NCBI GenBank assembly: GCA_963727445.1
Contig: CAVSGI010000018.1
Coordinates: 1-64,000, forward strand
Length of the DNA stretch: 64,000 nucleotides
Direction: 5' to 3'
Source of the DNA: an uncultured delta proteobacterium
GTDB taxonomy: Bacteria > Myxococcota_A > Polyangia > Polyangiales > B10-G4
The position numbers were made by a program, and so were the translations under genes. Below are positions 36,594 to 47,576 of the stretch, piece by piece. Position 1 is the stretch's first letter. Each line of letters begins with the position of its first letter. The notes beneath the pieces are model-generated. The model worked only from the letters and a program-made list of their open reading frames with translations. It was not told where the DNA came from and did not search any database.

Positions 36594-38419
36594 CAGTCGA
36601 TCTCCCCGGCCTGCGTCGCTGCGAGCACCTCGTCGATGCTTGTCATGCCCGCGAGGACCTTCCGCGCGCCGTCCTCGCGGAGCGTGCGCATCCCGTTCTT
36701 GGTAGCGACGCGCATGATGGTGTTGGAGTCGCTGTTGGCGAGGATCTCGCGGCGGATCTTCTCGTCGATCACCATCAGCTCGTAGATGCCGACGCGACCG
36801 CGGTAGCCGAGCCCCGAGCACTCGTCACAGCCGCCCGCCTTGTAGAAGACCGTCTGCTGATGGTGGGCGGGCGCGTGCACCACGTTGGTGGCTTCGGCAC
36901 CGAAGAGGTCTTCGTCGGTGAGGGTGAACTCGTCGGTGGTGGTCTCCTGGACCGGCGGCGGGACATGCGGTGGTGCCGACTGGCGCAGCCGGAGGAGCTC
37001 CTGCGGGTTGTTGGGGTCGAGGCCCAGCTCCTGAAAGTTCGCGTCGGTGGGGGTGTAGGGGACGCGGCAGTGGCGACAGAGACGACGCACGAGGCGCTGC
37101 GCGAGCACCGCCATCACCGACGAGGAGATCTGGAAGGCCTGAACGCCCATGTCCACGAGGCGGGTGACCGCCGTCGGGGCGTCGTTGGTGTGAAGGGTGG
37201 AGAGCACCAGGTGACCGGTGAGCGATGCGTGGATCGCGATCTCCGCGGTCTCGTGATCGCGGATCTCACCGACCATGATCACGTCGGGGTCCTGTCGCAA
37301 GAAGGCGCGCATCGCCGACGCGAAGGTGAGATCGATCTTCGGGTTGGTCTGGACCTGACCAATGCCCTTCAGCTCGTACTCGACCGGATCTTCGGCGGTG
37401 AGGATGTTGCGGTGCTCGGTGTTGATGCGATTGAGACACGCGTAGAGGGTCGTCGTCTTCCCGGAGCCGGTGGGACCGGTGACGAGGACGATCCCGTTCG
37501 GGCGCTCGATCAGGGTGTGCATCGTGTGGAGCTCGGAGGGGTCGAAACCGAGGTCCGTGAGCTCGAGCAGGACGTTCTCCTTGTCGAGCAGACGCATGAC
37601 GATCCGCTCACCCTTCGCGGTGGGGATGGTCGAGACGCGGACGTCGACGATCTTGCCGGCGATCTTCTTGGTGATGCGGCCATCCTGGGGGAGGCGCTTT
37701 TCGGCGATGTTCAGGCCAGCCTCGATCTTCACGCGGCTCACGATGGACGGGAGGAACCCGCGGTGGGCCTGCTTCTTCTTGGTGAGCCGACCGTCGATGC
37801 GATAGCGGACGACCACGTCGGAGTCGGTGGGCTCGATGTGAATGTCGGACGCGCGGTCGCGGACGGCGGTATAGAAGAGGTTGTTGACCCACCGGATGAC
37901 CGGGGCCTCGTCGGTCATGTCGATGAGGTCCTGCAGCTCGTCGTCTTGAGCCTCTCCCTCCTTCGCCTCGTCGAGGGCCGCCTCGGTCTCGCGCTCGTAG
38001 ACCCGGTTGATGGCGTCCTCGATCTTGTCGCCGGGGACGGCCACCGGCTCGAGCTCGGAGCCGAGCAGGACGCGCAGGTCGTCGAGCGGCGCGAGGTCCA
38101 GGGGGTTCGACACGGCTACCTGGACCACGTCGTTGAGCTTCCGGATGGGCAGGATCCGGTGCTGGCGCGCGAAGGTGATCGGCACCAGGCCGATCAGCTC
38201 CTCCGAGACCTCGTCCGGCTTGATGTCGCTGTGCACCTGCATGCCGGTCTCGGCGGCGAGTGCCTTGACGTAGTCCTCCTCGTCACACGCGGCGGTGGCG
38301 AGGAGCACGTCCTTGAGGTCCGCACCGCGCTCCTCGACCGTCGTCAGCGCTTGCTGGAGCTTCTCCGGGGTCAGGGCACCATGCCGGACCAGGATCTCGC
38401 CGACGTATTGAGGAAGCAT
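36593..38419 (-). CDS. gspE: Type II secretion ATPase E
   Basis: ASDIHIEP, RLPQDGR, GPTGSGKTTT, LRQDPDVIMVGEIRD, TGHLVLSTLHTN. Confidence 0.95.
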   Translation of the reverse strand: MLPQYVGEILVRHGALTPEKLQQALTTVEERGADLKDVLLATAACDEEDYVKALAAETGMQVHSDIKPDEVSEELIGLVPITFARQHRILPIRKLNDVVQVAVSNPLDLAPLDDLRVLLGSELEPVAVPGDKIEDAINRVYERETEAALDEAKEGEAQDDELQDLIDMTDEAPVIRWVNNLFYTAVRDRASDIHIEPTDSDVVVRYRIDGRLTKKKQAHRGFLPSIVSRVKIEAGLNIAEKRLPQDGRITKKIAGKIVDVRVSTIPTAKGERIVMRLLDKENVLLELTDLGFDPSELHTMHTLIERPNGIVLVTGPTGSGKTTTLYACLNRINTEHRNILTAEDPVEYELKGIGQVQTNPKIDLTFASAMRAFLRQDPDVIMVGEIRDHETAEIAIHASLTGHLVLSTLHTNDAPTAVTRLVDMGVQAFQISSSVMAVLAQRLVRRLCRHCRVPYTPTDANFQELGLDPNNPQELLRLRQSAPPHVPPPVQETTTDEFTLTDEDLFGAEATNVVHAPAHHQQTVFYKAGGCDECSGLGYRGRVGIYELMVIDEKIRREILANSDSNTIMRVATKNGMRTLREDGARKVLAGMTSIDEVLAATQAGEID

Positions 38420-38424
38420 GGCCG

Positions 38425-41182
38425 TTACTCCTCGCCCCCCCCTTCGGCTGGTGGAGGCTCCTCCACCACGTTCGGCATGTCGCCGCCCTCGTCTTGATCG
38501 GGTGCGATTGGACCATCGGGTGTGATCACTATCGAGCCTTCGCTCGGCCCCAGCTCCACGTCGGCTTCCCCGACCGCGGATCTGGGGACGTGTTCTGGTG
38601 GTGGTGTGTTCAGCGCCTCCGCCGCCAACTCCATCTCGTAGTTGATCTCGTCCATCTCGTTGACGATCTCCATCACCAGGCCGCGGGTTCGCGTGTAATC
38701 GACGTAGGGCTCGAAGTCCTGATTGCCGAACACGAAGAAGCGGTCGATGAACACCTGGCGCTCTCGCATCTTCCGTTCGTAGATGGAGCGGAGGTCCGAG
38801 CTGTCGCGGATGATGTACGGCGTCAGGAAGAGGAGCAGGTTGCGCTTCTCGGTGCTCACCGTGGTCTGACGGAAGAGGATGCCGAGCAGCGGTATGTCGC
38901 CGAGCACGGGTATCTTGCTCTCCGAGTTGATCACCGCGTCACGCATGAGCCCGCCGATGACGACCGTTTGCTGATCGCGCACGACCATCTGCGTCTTCGC
39001 CGTGCGCTTGTTGATCGGTCTTGACGCCGAGGGTTCCCTCGGCGGTGGCCTGCGCTTCGGAGATCTCCTCTTCGATCTCGAGGCGGATCTCGTCCGATTC
39101 GTTGATGTGCGGTGTGATGCGCAGGGTAGTGCCGACGTCCTGACGGGGGACGGTACCGAAGCCGCCGGAGAGGCTTCCCAGGCTTCCGAGAGCGCTCGAG
39201 CCGCTGTTGCCTCCCGAGAGCCCACCCGCAGCGAGAGCCGCGAGGCCCGCTCCGCCGCCGAGCCCGCCGAAGCCCGAGGTCTGCAGCGGCACGTTCTGAC
39301 CGACGCTGATCTCCGCCTCCTCGTTGTCCATGGCGATGATGTGTGGCGTGGACAGGATGTTGGTATCGCCGCTCTTCGACAGCGCGTTGAGCGCCACGCC
39401 GAAGGCCGGCACCGAGAAGCCGAGCAGTCGCTGCGACTCGGGGATCTGTGGACCGCGCACGCCGAGGGCGAGGCCGGTGAGGGCGGTCGGGATCGGTCCC
39501 GAAGCCCAGCGAGCCGAGGGCGTTGGAGCCGACGAGGAGCAGCGAGCCGTCGGCCGGTACGTCGGCGGCGCCGCCGTGGAAGCTCACGCCGAGGGAGTTG
39601 GAGCGGTTGACCGCCATCTCCATGATCACCGCCTCGATGAAGACCTGTCGTCGGTGCTGGCGTCGAGGCGTTCGATGACCCGCCGGAGCGCGGCGTAGTC
39701 GTGGAGCGACAGGTGATCACCAGCGCGTTGGTGGCTTTGTGCGCGGTGACGCTGATGTCGCCCTCGAACACGGCGCCTGCGCCGCCCGCCGCCACGGCGC
39801 CGCCGCCCGCTGCACCACCGGCTGGTGCGCGGCCTCCGCCGGCGCGCGCTCCACCGCCGCCACCGCCGCCGCCACCACTGCCGCCGCCGATGAGGCTCTG
39901 CAGCGTGTCCGCGATCTGCTTCGGCGTCCCGTACTGGAGCGTGGTGGACGTGGATGCCGCCTTCGCCCTCCACCGGGACGTCGAGCGCGCGGATGAGCTC
40001 CAGGATGCGGAGATAGGCGCGCTCGGTGGCCAGGATCACCAGCGAGTTGCGTGCGCTCGTCCGGGATGATGTTGGTGATGCGCATGGCTCGCCGCGCGGC
40101 GAGCCGACCGTGGCCGGCCCTGCGGACGCCGCCGCGGCTGCGGCGGCCGGCTGACCGCGTCGCGGCGCCGCCGGGCGTGCGTTGCCGGCCGCCGCTGCTG
40201 CTCGAGCCGCCGCCGCTGCTGCCGTTGCCGGCGCTCGGGAAGATCTCCGCGAGCAGCGTTCGGCCATCTCCTCCGCGTTCGCGTAGTGGATGGGCTCGAT
40301 CCAGATCTGCTCGCCCGTCGCGTGGGACGTCGATCGCCTCGAGGATCGCGCAGCATCCGGCGGATGTTCGAGCCGAGGTCGGTGATGATCAGCGTGTTGG
40401 TCGGCGCGTAGGCGGTGACGCTGCCCTTCGCGTGACTTGAAGCGACTGAGCAGCGTCGCCGACGTCCTCGGCCGAGACGTTGCCGACGCGGTACATGCGG
40501 GTGACGTAGCGGTCGTCGGTGGGGCTGCGCGAGCCACCGCCGTAGAACGGGATCGGCTGCTGCTCGATGCCGGAGGACTCGACGATCTTCAGGTAGCGAC
40601 CCGAGGGCACCACGGTCATGCCGTTGAGCTCCAGGATCGACAAGAACGCGCGGTAGGCCTCGGCGGCCGTGACCTTCGTCGGCGCGTAGACGGTGGCCTT
40701 GATGGAGCGGACCTTGCCCGGGAGGATGAAGCGCTTGCCGGTGATGCTGCGAGATCAGACGCACCAGGTCGGGCAGGTCGGCGTCCTCGAGGGTGAAGGT
40801 CGACGCGCGCGCCGGGGGACATCGGCTGGTAGTCGATCCCGGTCTCGAACTCCTGGATGTTGCCCATGTTGGGCTGACCGCCTTCGCCTTCGCCGCCTGT
40901 TCCGCCGAGTGCGCCACCCCCGCCCCCGCCCGTGCCCGTGCCCGTGCCGCCCCCGCCGCCAGTGCGCACCTGCGGCGTCGGGCCTTGCTGTTGCGCGCGC
41001 TGTTGGGCGAGCTGCTTGAGCGCCGGGCGAAGGCGCTCCCGGGTCTGGATCGGGAGCTGAGGACGCTGCTCTTGCTCCTCCCCTTCTTGCTGGTCCTGCT
41101 CCTGTGCGTGCGCGATCCCCAGCCCGCAGACCATGATCGAAGCCGAGACGAGAAGGATCGGCGTAGAGACTGAGTTCTTCAT
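38425..41182 (-). CDS. gspD: Type II secretion secretin D (multiple frameshifts)
   Basis: Pieces across frames: signal peptide, LEDADLPDLVR, SILELNGMTVV, YAPTNTLIITD, HKATNALVI, ILSTPHIIAMDNEEAEISVGQNVP, DVGTTLRITPHIN, KIPVLGDIPLLGILFR. Confidence 0.9.
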
Positions 41183-42172
41183 TGAATGTTGTACTCGAGT
41201 GCCATGGGGTTACCGCGACGCACGACGTTGACGCTCAGGTTGTTGGCCCCGCGCAAACGCGAATACGCCTCGAGCGCGCTGTCGGGACTGGTCATGTCGT
41301 AGCCGTTGATCGTTCGGAGCATGTCGCCGTTCTGCAGGCCGAGTCGGCCGAGGAGGCTGTTCCGCCGAATGCCGTAGAGCTTCACGCCCACGGTGCGGCC
41401 GTTCTCCGTGTGGGGGATGATCCGCGCCGTACGCATCAGCTCGGCCTGGTTGGTGAGGAGCTGATCGACGAGGCCCCGGCTCACCGTGAAGTTCGTGTCC
41501 GAGTTGCGCTGGATGCCGCTCTCGATGTCGGAAGCCGCGATGCCGCCCTCGTCGCGCGCGGACTGATCTTCGTTGTCCATGCTCGAGGCGCTCACGCGCG
41601 CGGTCGGGCGGGGGGTCGCCGTCTCGGGCGCCTCCGGCTCGAACATGGTGAGCGGGCAGTGGCTGCCGGTCTCCGGACGCATCACCACCTTGGAGGGGCC
41701 GATGGCGACCAGCAGGCGGCCATCGATGGTCATGCCCTCGCGGTAGAGCAGGGCCTTGCCGGAGGCGCCGGTGATCGCGGCGAAGGACCACGCGGGGTTG
41801 CGGGTGTTCACCAGGGCACCGACGAGGCGCACCGAGCCGTCGCAGTGGGGCAGCGGAGCGTTCGGGATCCAGCTCCTCCTCCACCAGCTCCTCGCTGCCC
41901 TCCTCGTCGGTGGCGACGGTGACGTGGCAGAGGTCGCCCGACTCCGAGTCGAAGATGTTCCGCTCGAGGATCGGGCAGGGATCCTTGCGCTCCACCGTCG
42001 CCCGGGCGCGGGGCCCGCCGCGGGGCGCGGCCGCCACCGGCGTCTCGGTGTCGAGGGCCAGAAACGTGGACGCGATGAGCCCGGTCGCGCCCTGCGCGAA
42101 GAAAAGCGCAGTCAGCGCCAACGTGACGATCACGATGGCGACGACGATCCAGCGGTCTTTCCGAGAGCTCAC
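41179..42172 (-). CDS. gspC: Type II secretion protein C with PDZ domain (frameshift near 41,860)
   Basis: N-terminal TM, ILERNIFDS, then ARIIPH..GVKLYGIRRNSLLGRLGLQNGD..TINGY..SPDSALEAY. Confidence 0.88.
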
Positions 42173-42199
42173 GACAGGGATTCCCAAACGCTCTTCTGA

Positions 42200-42216
42200 A
42201 GCAACGCGCGTGCCTA
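42200..42216 (-). promoter_or_regulatory. Sigma-54 (-24/-12) promoter of the gsp operon
   Basis: Minus strand TAGGCACGCGCGTTGCT (GG-N10-GC), about 28 nt upstream of the gspC GTG. Confidence 0.8.
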
Positions 42217-42280
42217 GTCGAAGGAAGGCGTTAATTCCAGCGAAAACGGCACATTTCGCCGCCTTGTTTCCCGCTCCGAT

Positions 42281-42333
42281 GGACAAGCTGACAGGACCCT
42301 CGGCGATCGGGAGCTCCGCGTGACAATTCGTCA
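42281..42333. promoter_or_regulatory. Putative enhancer (UAS) sites for the sigma-54 activator
   Basis: TGACAATTCGTCA (42321-33) and GGACAAGCTGACA (42281-93), 65-117 bp upstream of the -24 box. Confidence 0.6.
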
Positions 42334-43699
42334 GTCGGGAGTCGCGCTCGGCGTCGAGCTTCCGGTAGATCGTGCGGGCGCTGATCCCGAGGAGCTGGGC
42401 GGCCAATTGCTTGTCGCCCTGGGTGTGGTCGAGGGTGGCGTGCATGACCCGTCGCTCGATCTCGCTCATCGGCGTACCGATGGGGAAAGACAGGGTCTCC
42501 TCGCTCGCTTCGGCGCTGGCGATCGGGGCCGGGCAGATCTGCGGCGTCGAGCGTGCTCGCTCTTGCCGAGCACCACCGCGCGCTCGATCACGTTCTCGAG
42601 CTCGCGCACGTTCCCGGGCCAGTCGTAGGCGCATCAGGCGATCGAGGGCCGCGCGGCTCGGGCTCATCCGGCGTCTTGCCGTTCTTGCGGCAGTAGAGCT
42701 CGAGGAAGTGATCGACCAGGAGCGGGACGTCGTCGCGCCGATCCGCCAGGCGCGGGCGAGGTGATGGCGATGACGTTGAGCCGATAGAAGAGGTCCTCGC
42801 GGAAGCTCGCCGCGCGAAACCGCCCTGCGCAGATCGCGGTTGGTGGCGGCGATGAGCCGGAAGCTCGCGTTCTGGGTGCTTGCCGCCGAGCGGCTCGTAC
42901 TCGCCCTCCTGCAGGACGCGCAGGAGCTTGACCTGCACCGCGGGGCTGAGCTCGCCGATCTCGTCGAGGAAGAGCGTGCCGCCGGCGGCCTGGGCGATGC
43001 GGCCCTCGCGCTTCTGGACGGCGCCGGTGAAGGCGCCCTTCTCGTGACCGAAGAGCTCGGCCTCGACGATGGTCTCGGGCAGCGCCGCGAGGTTCACGCC
43101 GACGAAGGGCCCGTCGCGCCCGCTGCGCTCGTGGATGAAGCGCGCGATCAGCTCCTTGCCGGTGCCGCTCTCGCCGAGCACCAGCACGTTGGCGGTGGAG
43201 GGCGCGGCCTGCCCCGCGGTGTCGAGGGCGTGGCGGAGGGTCGGGGGAGTTGCCGACGATGGAGCGGCTCTTGAGCGCCGACAGCTCCTGCTTCAGCGTG
43301 CGGTTTTCGGCGACCAGGCGATGGCGCTCGGCGGCCTTGCGCACCTTGGTGACGATCTGCATCCGCTTGAGCGGCTTCTCGACGAAGTCATAGGCGCCCT
43401 CGCGCATCGCCTCGACCGCGGTCTCGATGGTGCCGTAGGCGGTCATCACCACCGACTCGGCGTCGGGCGCCACCGTCGCGAGCGCCTTGATCAGCTCGAT
43501 GCCGCTCATCCCCGGCATCATCAGATCGGTGAGCACCACGTCGACCTGGTGGCTGCCGGCAGCAGGTCGAGGGCCTCGCGGCCCCCTGCCGGCCGAGAGC
43601 ACCCGCAAGCCCTCCTCGCGCGAAGATCCTCTCAGGGAGTCGCAGGTTGCTGCGCTCGTCGTCGACCACGAGGATGGTCGTCTCGGTCAAGCTCTCCAC
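42331..43699 (-). CDS. NtrC-family sigma-54-dependent response regulator (frameshifted)
   Basis: GGAGG RBS and GTG 43699; [54 protein letters not shown]-terminal [19 protein letters not shown]. Confidence 0.9.
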
Positions 43700-43711
43700 G
43701 CGGCCTCCGGA

Positions 43712-43763
43712 TGACCTTTTGTCATCTTGGTCTGACATGTTGTCATCGCCCGACAACTTGTCA
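43712..43763. promoter_or_regulatory. Three TGACA-N3-TGTCA-type palindromes at the regulator's own promoter
   Basis: TGACCTTTTGTCA (43712-24), TGACATGTTGTCA (43733-45), CGACAACTTGTCA (43751-63). Confidence 0.75.
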
Positions 43764-43942
43764 ACAGTCTTGCTCTCCGCCGGGGTGTGCTCGATTTGTC
43801 CGAGATCCATGATGTATTCGCCCTTTCCAAGCGAGGCGCCGATAGCGACGCGCTCCTCACCACGGGTGATGAGCAAGACCGGGGCCACCTTGACGACCTC
43901 GCGTCACATCCACAGAACGATGGCCACAGGGAGGGCTGTCGA

Positions 43943-44980
43943 ATGCTGCGCTATCGGATGTTGGGCCCGTCGGGGCTTCGGGTCTCCGAGCTCTGTCTCG
44001 GGACCATGAGCTTCGGCGAGGATTGGGGCTTCGGGGCGGACGAGAAGACGAGCCACCAGATCCTCGACACCTTCGCCGAGGCCGGCGGGAGCTTCCTCGA
44101 CACGGCGAACAAGTATCACAACGGTCAGACCGAGGAGATTGTCGGGCGGTGGCTCGAGGGCAGGCGGGACCGGATGGTCGTCGCCACCAAGTACACGCTG
44201 TCGATGGATCACGCCGATCCGAACGCCGCGGGCAACCACCGCAAGAACATGCGCCTCGCGGTCGAGGCGAGCCTTCGCCGCCTCCGGACCGACTACATCG
44301 ACCTGCTCTGGGTTCACGCCTGGGACCGGCACACGCCATATGAAGAGACGATGCGGGGTCTCGACAATCTCGTCCGCGCGGGCAAGGTCTGCTACGTGGG
44401 GATCAGCGACACCCCGGCTTGGGTCGTGTCGGCGTCGAACGTGCTCGCAGATCTGAAGGGGTGGAGCCCCTTCGTGGGTCTGCAGATCGAGTACTCCCTC
44501 CTCGAACGGACGGTGGAGACCGATTTGCTGCCCATGGCCGAACACTTCGGCCTGTCGGTTCTGGCGTGGGCACCCCTCGGTGGTGGCGTGCTCACCGGCA
44601 AGTACACGCGAGGAGATGGGGCGGTGGATTCCAAGCGCGCTCGAGGCAACGAGAGTCGCGGCCGTACGAGCGAGCGCGCGCTCGCCATCGCCCATCGAGT
44701 AGACGAGATTGCGGACGCGATGGGGGTGAGCAGCGCGCAGGTGGCGACCGCGTGGGTGCGTTCTCACGGCTACCGCTACATCCCCATCGTGGGCGCCCGA
44801 AAGGTTTCCCAGATCGAAGACACCCTCGGCTCTGTCGACGTCGAGCTGAGCGAGGCACACCTGAGCGCCCTCGACCAGCTCAGCCGACCCACCCTGGGAT
44901 TCCCGCAGCGCTTCCTCGAGAGCGAGGGCGTGATGGACACGGTCTATGGCGAGGTCCGTCAACGGATTGACGGCCGCTGA
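43943..44980 (+). CDS. Aldo/keto reductase
   Basis: SGLRVSELCLGTMSFG, DTANKY, VATKY, SLRRLRTDYIDL, GKVCYVGISD, QIEYSL, WAPLGGG. Confidence 0.93.
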   Translation: MLRYRMLGPSGLRVSELCLGTMSFGEDWGFGADEKTSHQILDTFAEAGGSFLDTANKYHNGQTEEIVGRWLEGRRDRMVVATKYTLSMDHADPNAAGNHRKNMRLAVEASLRRLRTDYIDLLWVHAWDRHTPYEETMRGLDNLVRAGKVCYVGISDTPAWVVSASNVLADLKGWSPFVGLQIEYSLLERTVETDLLPMAEHFGLSVLAWAPLGGGVLTGKYTRGDGAVDSKRARGNESRGRTSERALAIAHRVDEIADAMGVSSAQVATAWVRSHGYRYIPIVGARKVSQIEDTLGSVDVELSEAHLSALDQLSRPTLGFPQRFLESEGVMDTVYGEVRQRIDGR

Positions 44981-46023
44981 TCAGGTCGGAGCGTCGAAGA
45001 GAGAGAGCTGCCCCGAGGGATCGGGGCGCCGAAACGTCGAGGGCCGCTCGGGCGAGCTCGCCCATCTCGTAGCCGAGGCGGCGGCAGCTCTGTTCGAAGA
45101 GCGCTTCGGTCGCCTTCCACCGCTCGCCCAGGCCGCCCATCCGCGCGTGGAAGCGGCTCTCGTCGAGCTTGCCGCCGCGAAGCTCGCGGACGGCGCTCTC
45201 GATCTTCTTCAGCCGCGGCGCCGGAAGCACGCTCTCGAGCCGCACGTGAAAGACGTCTTTGACGTCGCCGGGAAGGCGCAGGCTCGAGATGAACGCCCGC
45301 CGCGCGCCCGCCTCGCGCGCGCGCTCGAGGATGAAAGGGATGTGGCTGTCGCCGAGGCCCGGGGATCACGGGCGCCACTGCCACACCGACGGGGACGCCC
45401 GCCTCGCAGAGAACGCGCAGCGTCTCGAAGCGTCGCGATACCGGGCTCGCCCACGGCTCGATCCGCCGGCCGGTGTCGTCGTCGGCGAAGGGGATCGACA
45501 GCCACACGAAGCAATCGGCCTCGGCCGCCAGCCGAGAGAGGAGCTCGGCGTCGCGCCGGATCACCGAGCTCTTGGTGATGATCGAGACGGGATTTCGAAA
45601 CTCGAGGAAGACCTCGAGGCATGCGCGCGTGAGTCGGAACGCGGCTTCGAGCGGCTGGTAGCAATCGGTGATGCCGCTCAGCGTCACCCGCTCGCCGCGC
45701 CATCGTCGCGCGTGGAGCTCGCGGCGAAGCACCTCGGCGATGTTCTCCTTGACGACGATCTTCCGCTCGAAGTCGGAGCCGGAGCCCCACCCGAGGTACT
45801 CGTGGTAGGGCCGCGCGTAGCAATACGCGCAGCCGTGGTAGCAGCCGCGGTAGGGGTTGAGGCCCCAGCGGAAACCGAGGTCGGGGCTGTCGTTCTCCAC
45901 CAGCGCCGAGCGCGCGCTCTCCCGATAGACCTCGAGCTTCGCCGGCGGTGGCTCACCCTCCCAATCGACATGGCTTTCCACCCATGGATTCGGTGGGTTG
46001 AAGACGCGTTGGGGTGGGCGCAC
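44981..46023 (-). CDS. SPL-family (PA0069/Rv2578c-like) radical SAM DNA-repair protein, frameshifted
   Basis: NDSPDLGFRWGLNPYRGCYHGCAYCYARP, TDCYQPLE, ITKS, VAPVIPG; reconstructed C-terminus FRRPDPSGQLSLFDAPT-stop. Confidence 0.85.
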
Positions 46024-46038
46024 TGAAAGAGTGTGCAG
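46023..46038. promoter_or_regulatory. Putative LexA (SOS) box
   Basis: CTG-N10-CAG; minus strand CTGCACACTCTTTCAG, close to the Myxococcus-type CTRHAMRYBYGTTCAG; abuts the start codon. Confidence 0.65.
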
Positions 46039-46062
46039 CATCCCGGAGCGCGCGTCCAGGGC

Positions 46063-46473
46063 TCACTCCGCGGGCCGGCGCACCACCCGCAGGATCACCT
46101 CGGCGTCCGCTTCGACAGGGCGGCAGCGTTCGTCGCAGGCCCAACCCGAGACGTGAACTCGGAGCACGGAGGTGCCGGCGGTGGCGGCCAGGATCGGGAT
46201 CGAGAAGCGCAGGACGGGTGCGCTCGGATCCTCGGCGTCCGCACGGAGCAGGCGGCCGCGCACCACCTCGACCGCGGTTCCCTCGCTGGTCGGCGTGAGC
46301 AGCACCGGGCGATCGCCTTCGGGGAAGATCGTGACGCGCACGATCACCGACCGGCGATCCCCGACCGTGAGGTGCGCGGGGGGTTCGATCACCAGCTCGG
46401 CGCGCGCGTCCTCCTGCGCCATCGCCTTCGTGGTGCAGGCGAGGAGCGCGAGCGCGAGGAAGCCTTCGATCAA
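46063..46473 (-). CDS. Small secreted hypothetical protein (Ig-like beta fold?)
   Basis: Signal-like FLALALLACTTKAMA, beta-rich body, CDERC; TTG start overlaps the upstream stop. Confidence 0.55.
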   Translation of the reverse strand: MIEGFLALALLACTTKAMAQEDARAELVIEPPAHLTVGDRRSVIVRVTIFPEGDRPVLLTPTSEGTAVEVVRGRLLRADAEDPSAPVLRFSIPILAATAGTSVLRVHVSGWACDERCRPVEADAEVILRVVRRPAE

Positions 46474-47576
46474 TCGGCGTAGGGAACCGTCTCGCATTGG
46501 GCTTGGACTCCGTGCCAGCGCATGAGACTCGTCTGCGGCTTGCCCTCGTCGCTGTACTCGATGAGCGCGTAGGTCAGGCCGCTGTCCTGGCCGAGGTACT
46601 GGATGTCGAGATTGATCATGTTGATCCAGGTGCCGGTGTTCACCAGGAGCTTGTTCCCCGGCAGGCGCCGGAAGCGCGGCCCGTGGCTGTGGCCGACGAT
46701 CAGCGTGTGTACGCCGCGCATCTTGCGGAGCGCGCGCACCGACGCCTCGTCGTAGCCGCCGAGGGCGATCACCTCTTCCTTGACGCGACTCGGGCAGCTG
46801 ACGGATGCGCTCGCGCCACGCGCGGAGCGTGAAGATGCGGTACTTCAAGAAGTACACGGTGGAGCGCCAGAGGAAGCGCAGCACGAAGGTGGGATCGAAG
46901 AGCAGCCCGGCGACCAGGAAGCGGCCGAGTGGCTGGATGCGGTCGACGTAGTTCCGCTCTTCCTTGGCGGGGTTCATGACCTCGAGGATCCACAGCGTGC
47001 CCCAGGGCAGAGCGAGGATCTCCGAGCCGTCGCGCCGCTTCTCGACCATGCGCTCGTAGTCGACGCGATGGATGCGCTCGAGCTGATGGCCGTGCTTTAT
47101 CTGGATGCCCTCGGGCAGATAATAGGTGTCGGAGCTCGTGATGAAGCGGACGCGATCGGCCGCGTCGCCCGGAGCCACATACCGGCGGAAGAGCTCCTGC
47201 GGGCCCGGAAACCACATGTCCAGGTCGTGATTGCCCGGCAGGTATGTGACTCTTCTGTTGGGGCGGCTCAGAAATTCACGGACGGAATGGACGAAGCGGG
47301 GATGACCTTCGAGGCATTGCTTGAGCTTCTCGGTGGCGATTTCGTCCGTGATCTCGGTCGGCCACTTTCCTTCGATCTTGATCTTCAACAGGTCGAAGAT
47401 GTCCCCGTTCAGGATGAGCTCGACCTCGGTGTCGGCGCCTGCGACCCGGTCGTAGTGGCTCAGAAGCTCCGCAAATCGGTCGTCGTGGAAGAAATCCTCC
47501 AAGATGTTCAGCTCACCACGGCGCCGTCCCGAGCCGAGGTGGAGATCTCTGAGACTACGAGTCGAAGCAGCTTCAT
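46470..47576 (-). CDS. Calcineurin-like metallophosphoesterase (frameshifted)
   Basis: MKLLRLVVS-DLHLG (broken by an indel), LNGDIFD, PGNHD, HGH, VGHSH, NTGTW. Confidence 0.85.

Noticed and set aside
39780..40950. GCC/CCG-rich and GTGCCC repeats
   Set aside because: They encode Gly/Thr-rich linkers typical of secretin N-domains and are not an independent repeat element.
38425..43699. Pseudogenised secretin and regulator
   Set aside because: Motifs and regulatory sites are intact and the downstream gsp genes are clean; the pattern fits read error.
43712..43763. Mini-CRISPR or iteron array
   Set aside because: 13-bp palindromes with 5-8-bp gaps and no cas or rep gene; better explained as transcription factor sites.
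46063..47502. 479-aa fusion of the phosphoesterase with a secreted domain
   Set aside because: Caused by a frameshift near 46,790; the phosphoesterase ends at 46,470 in another frame.
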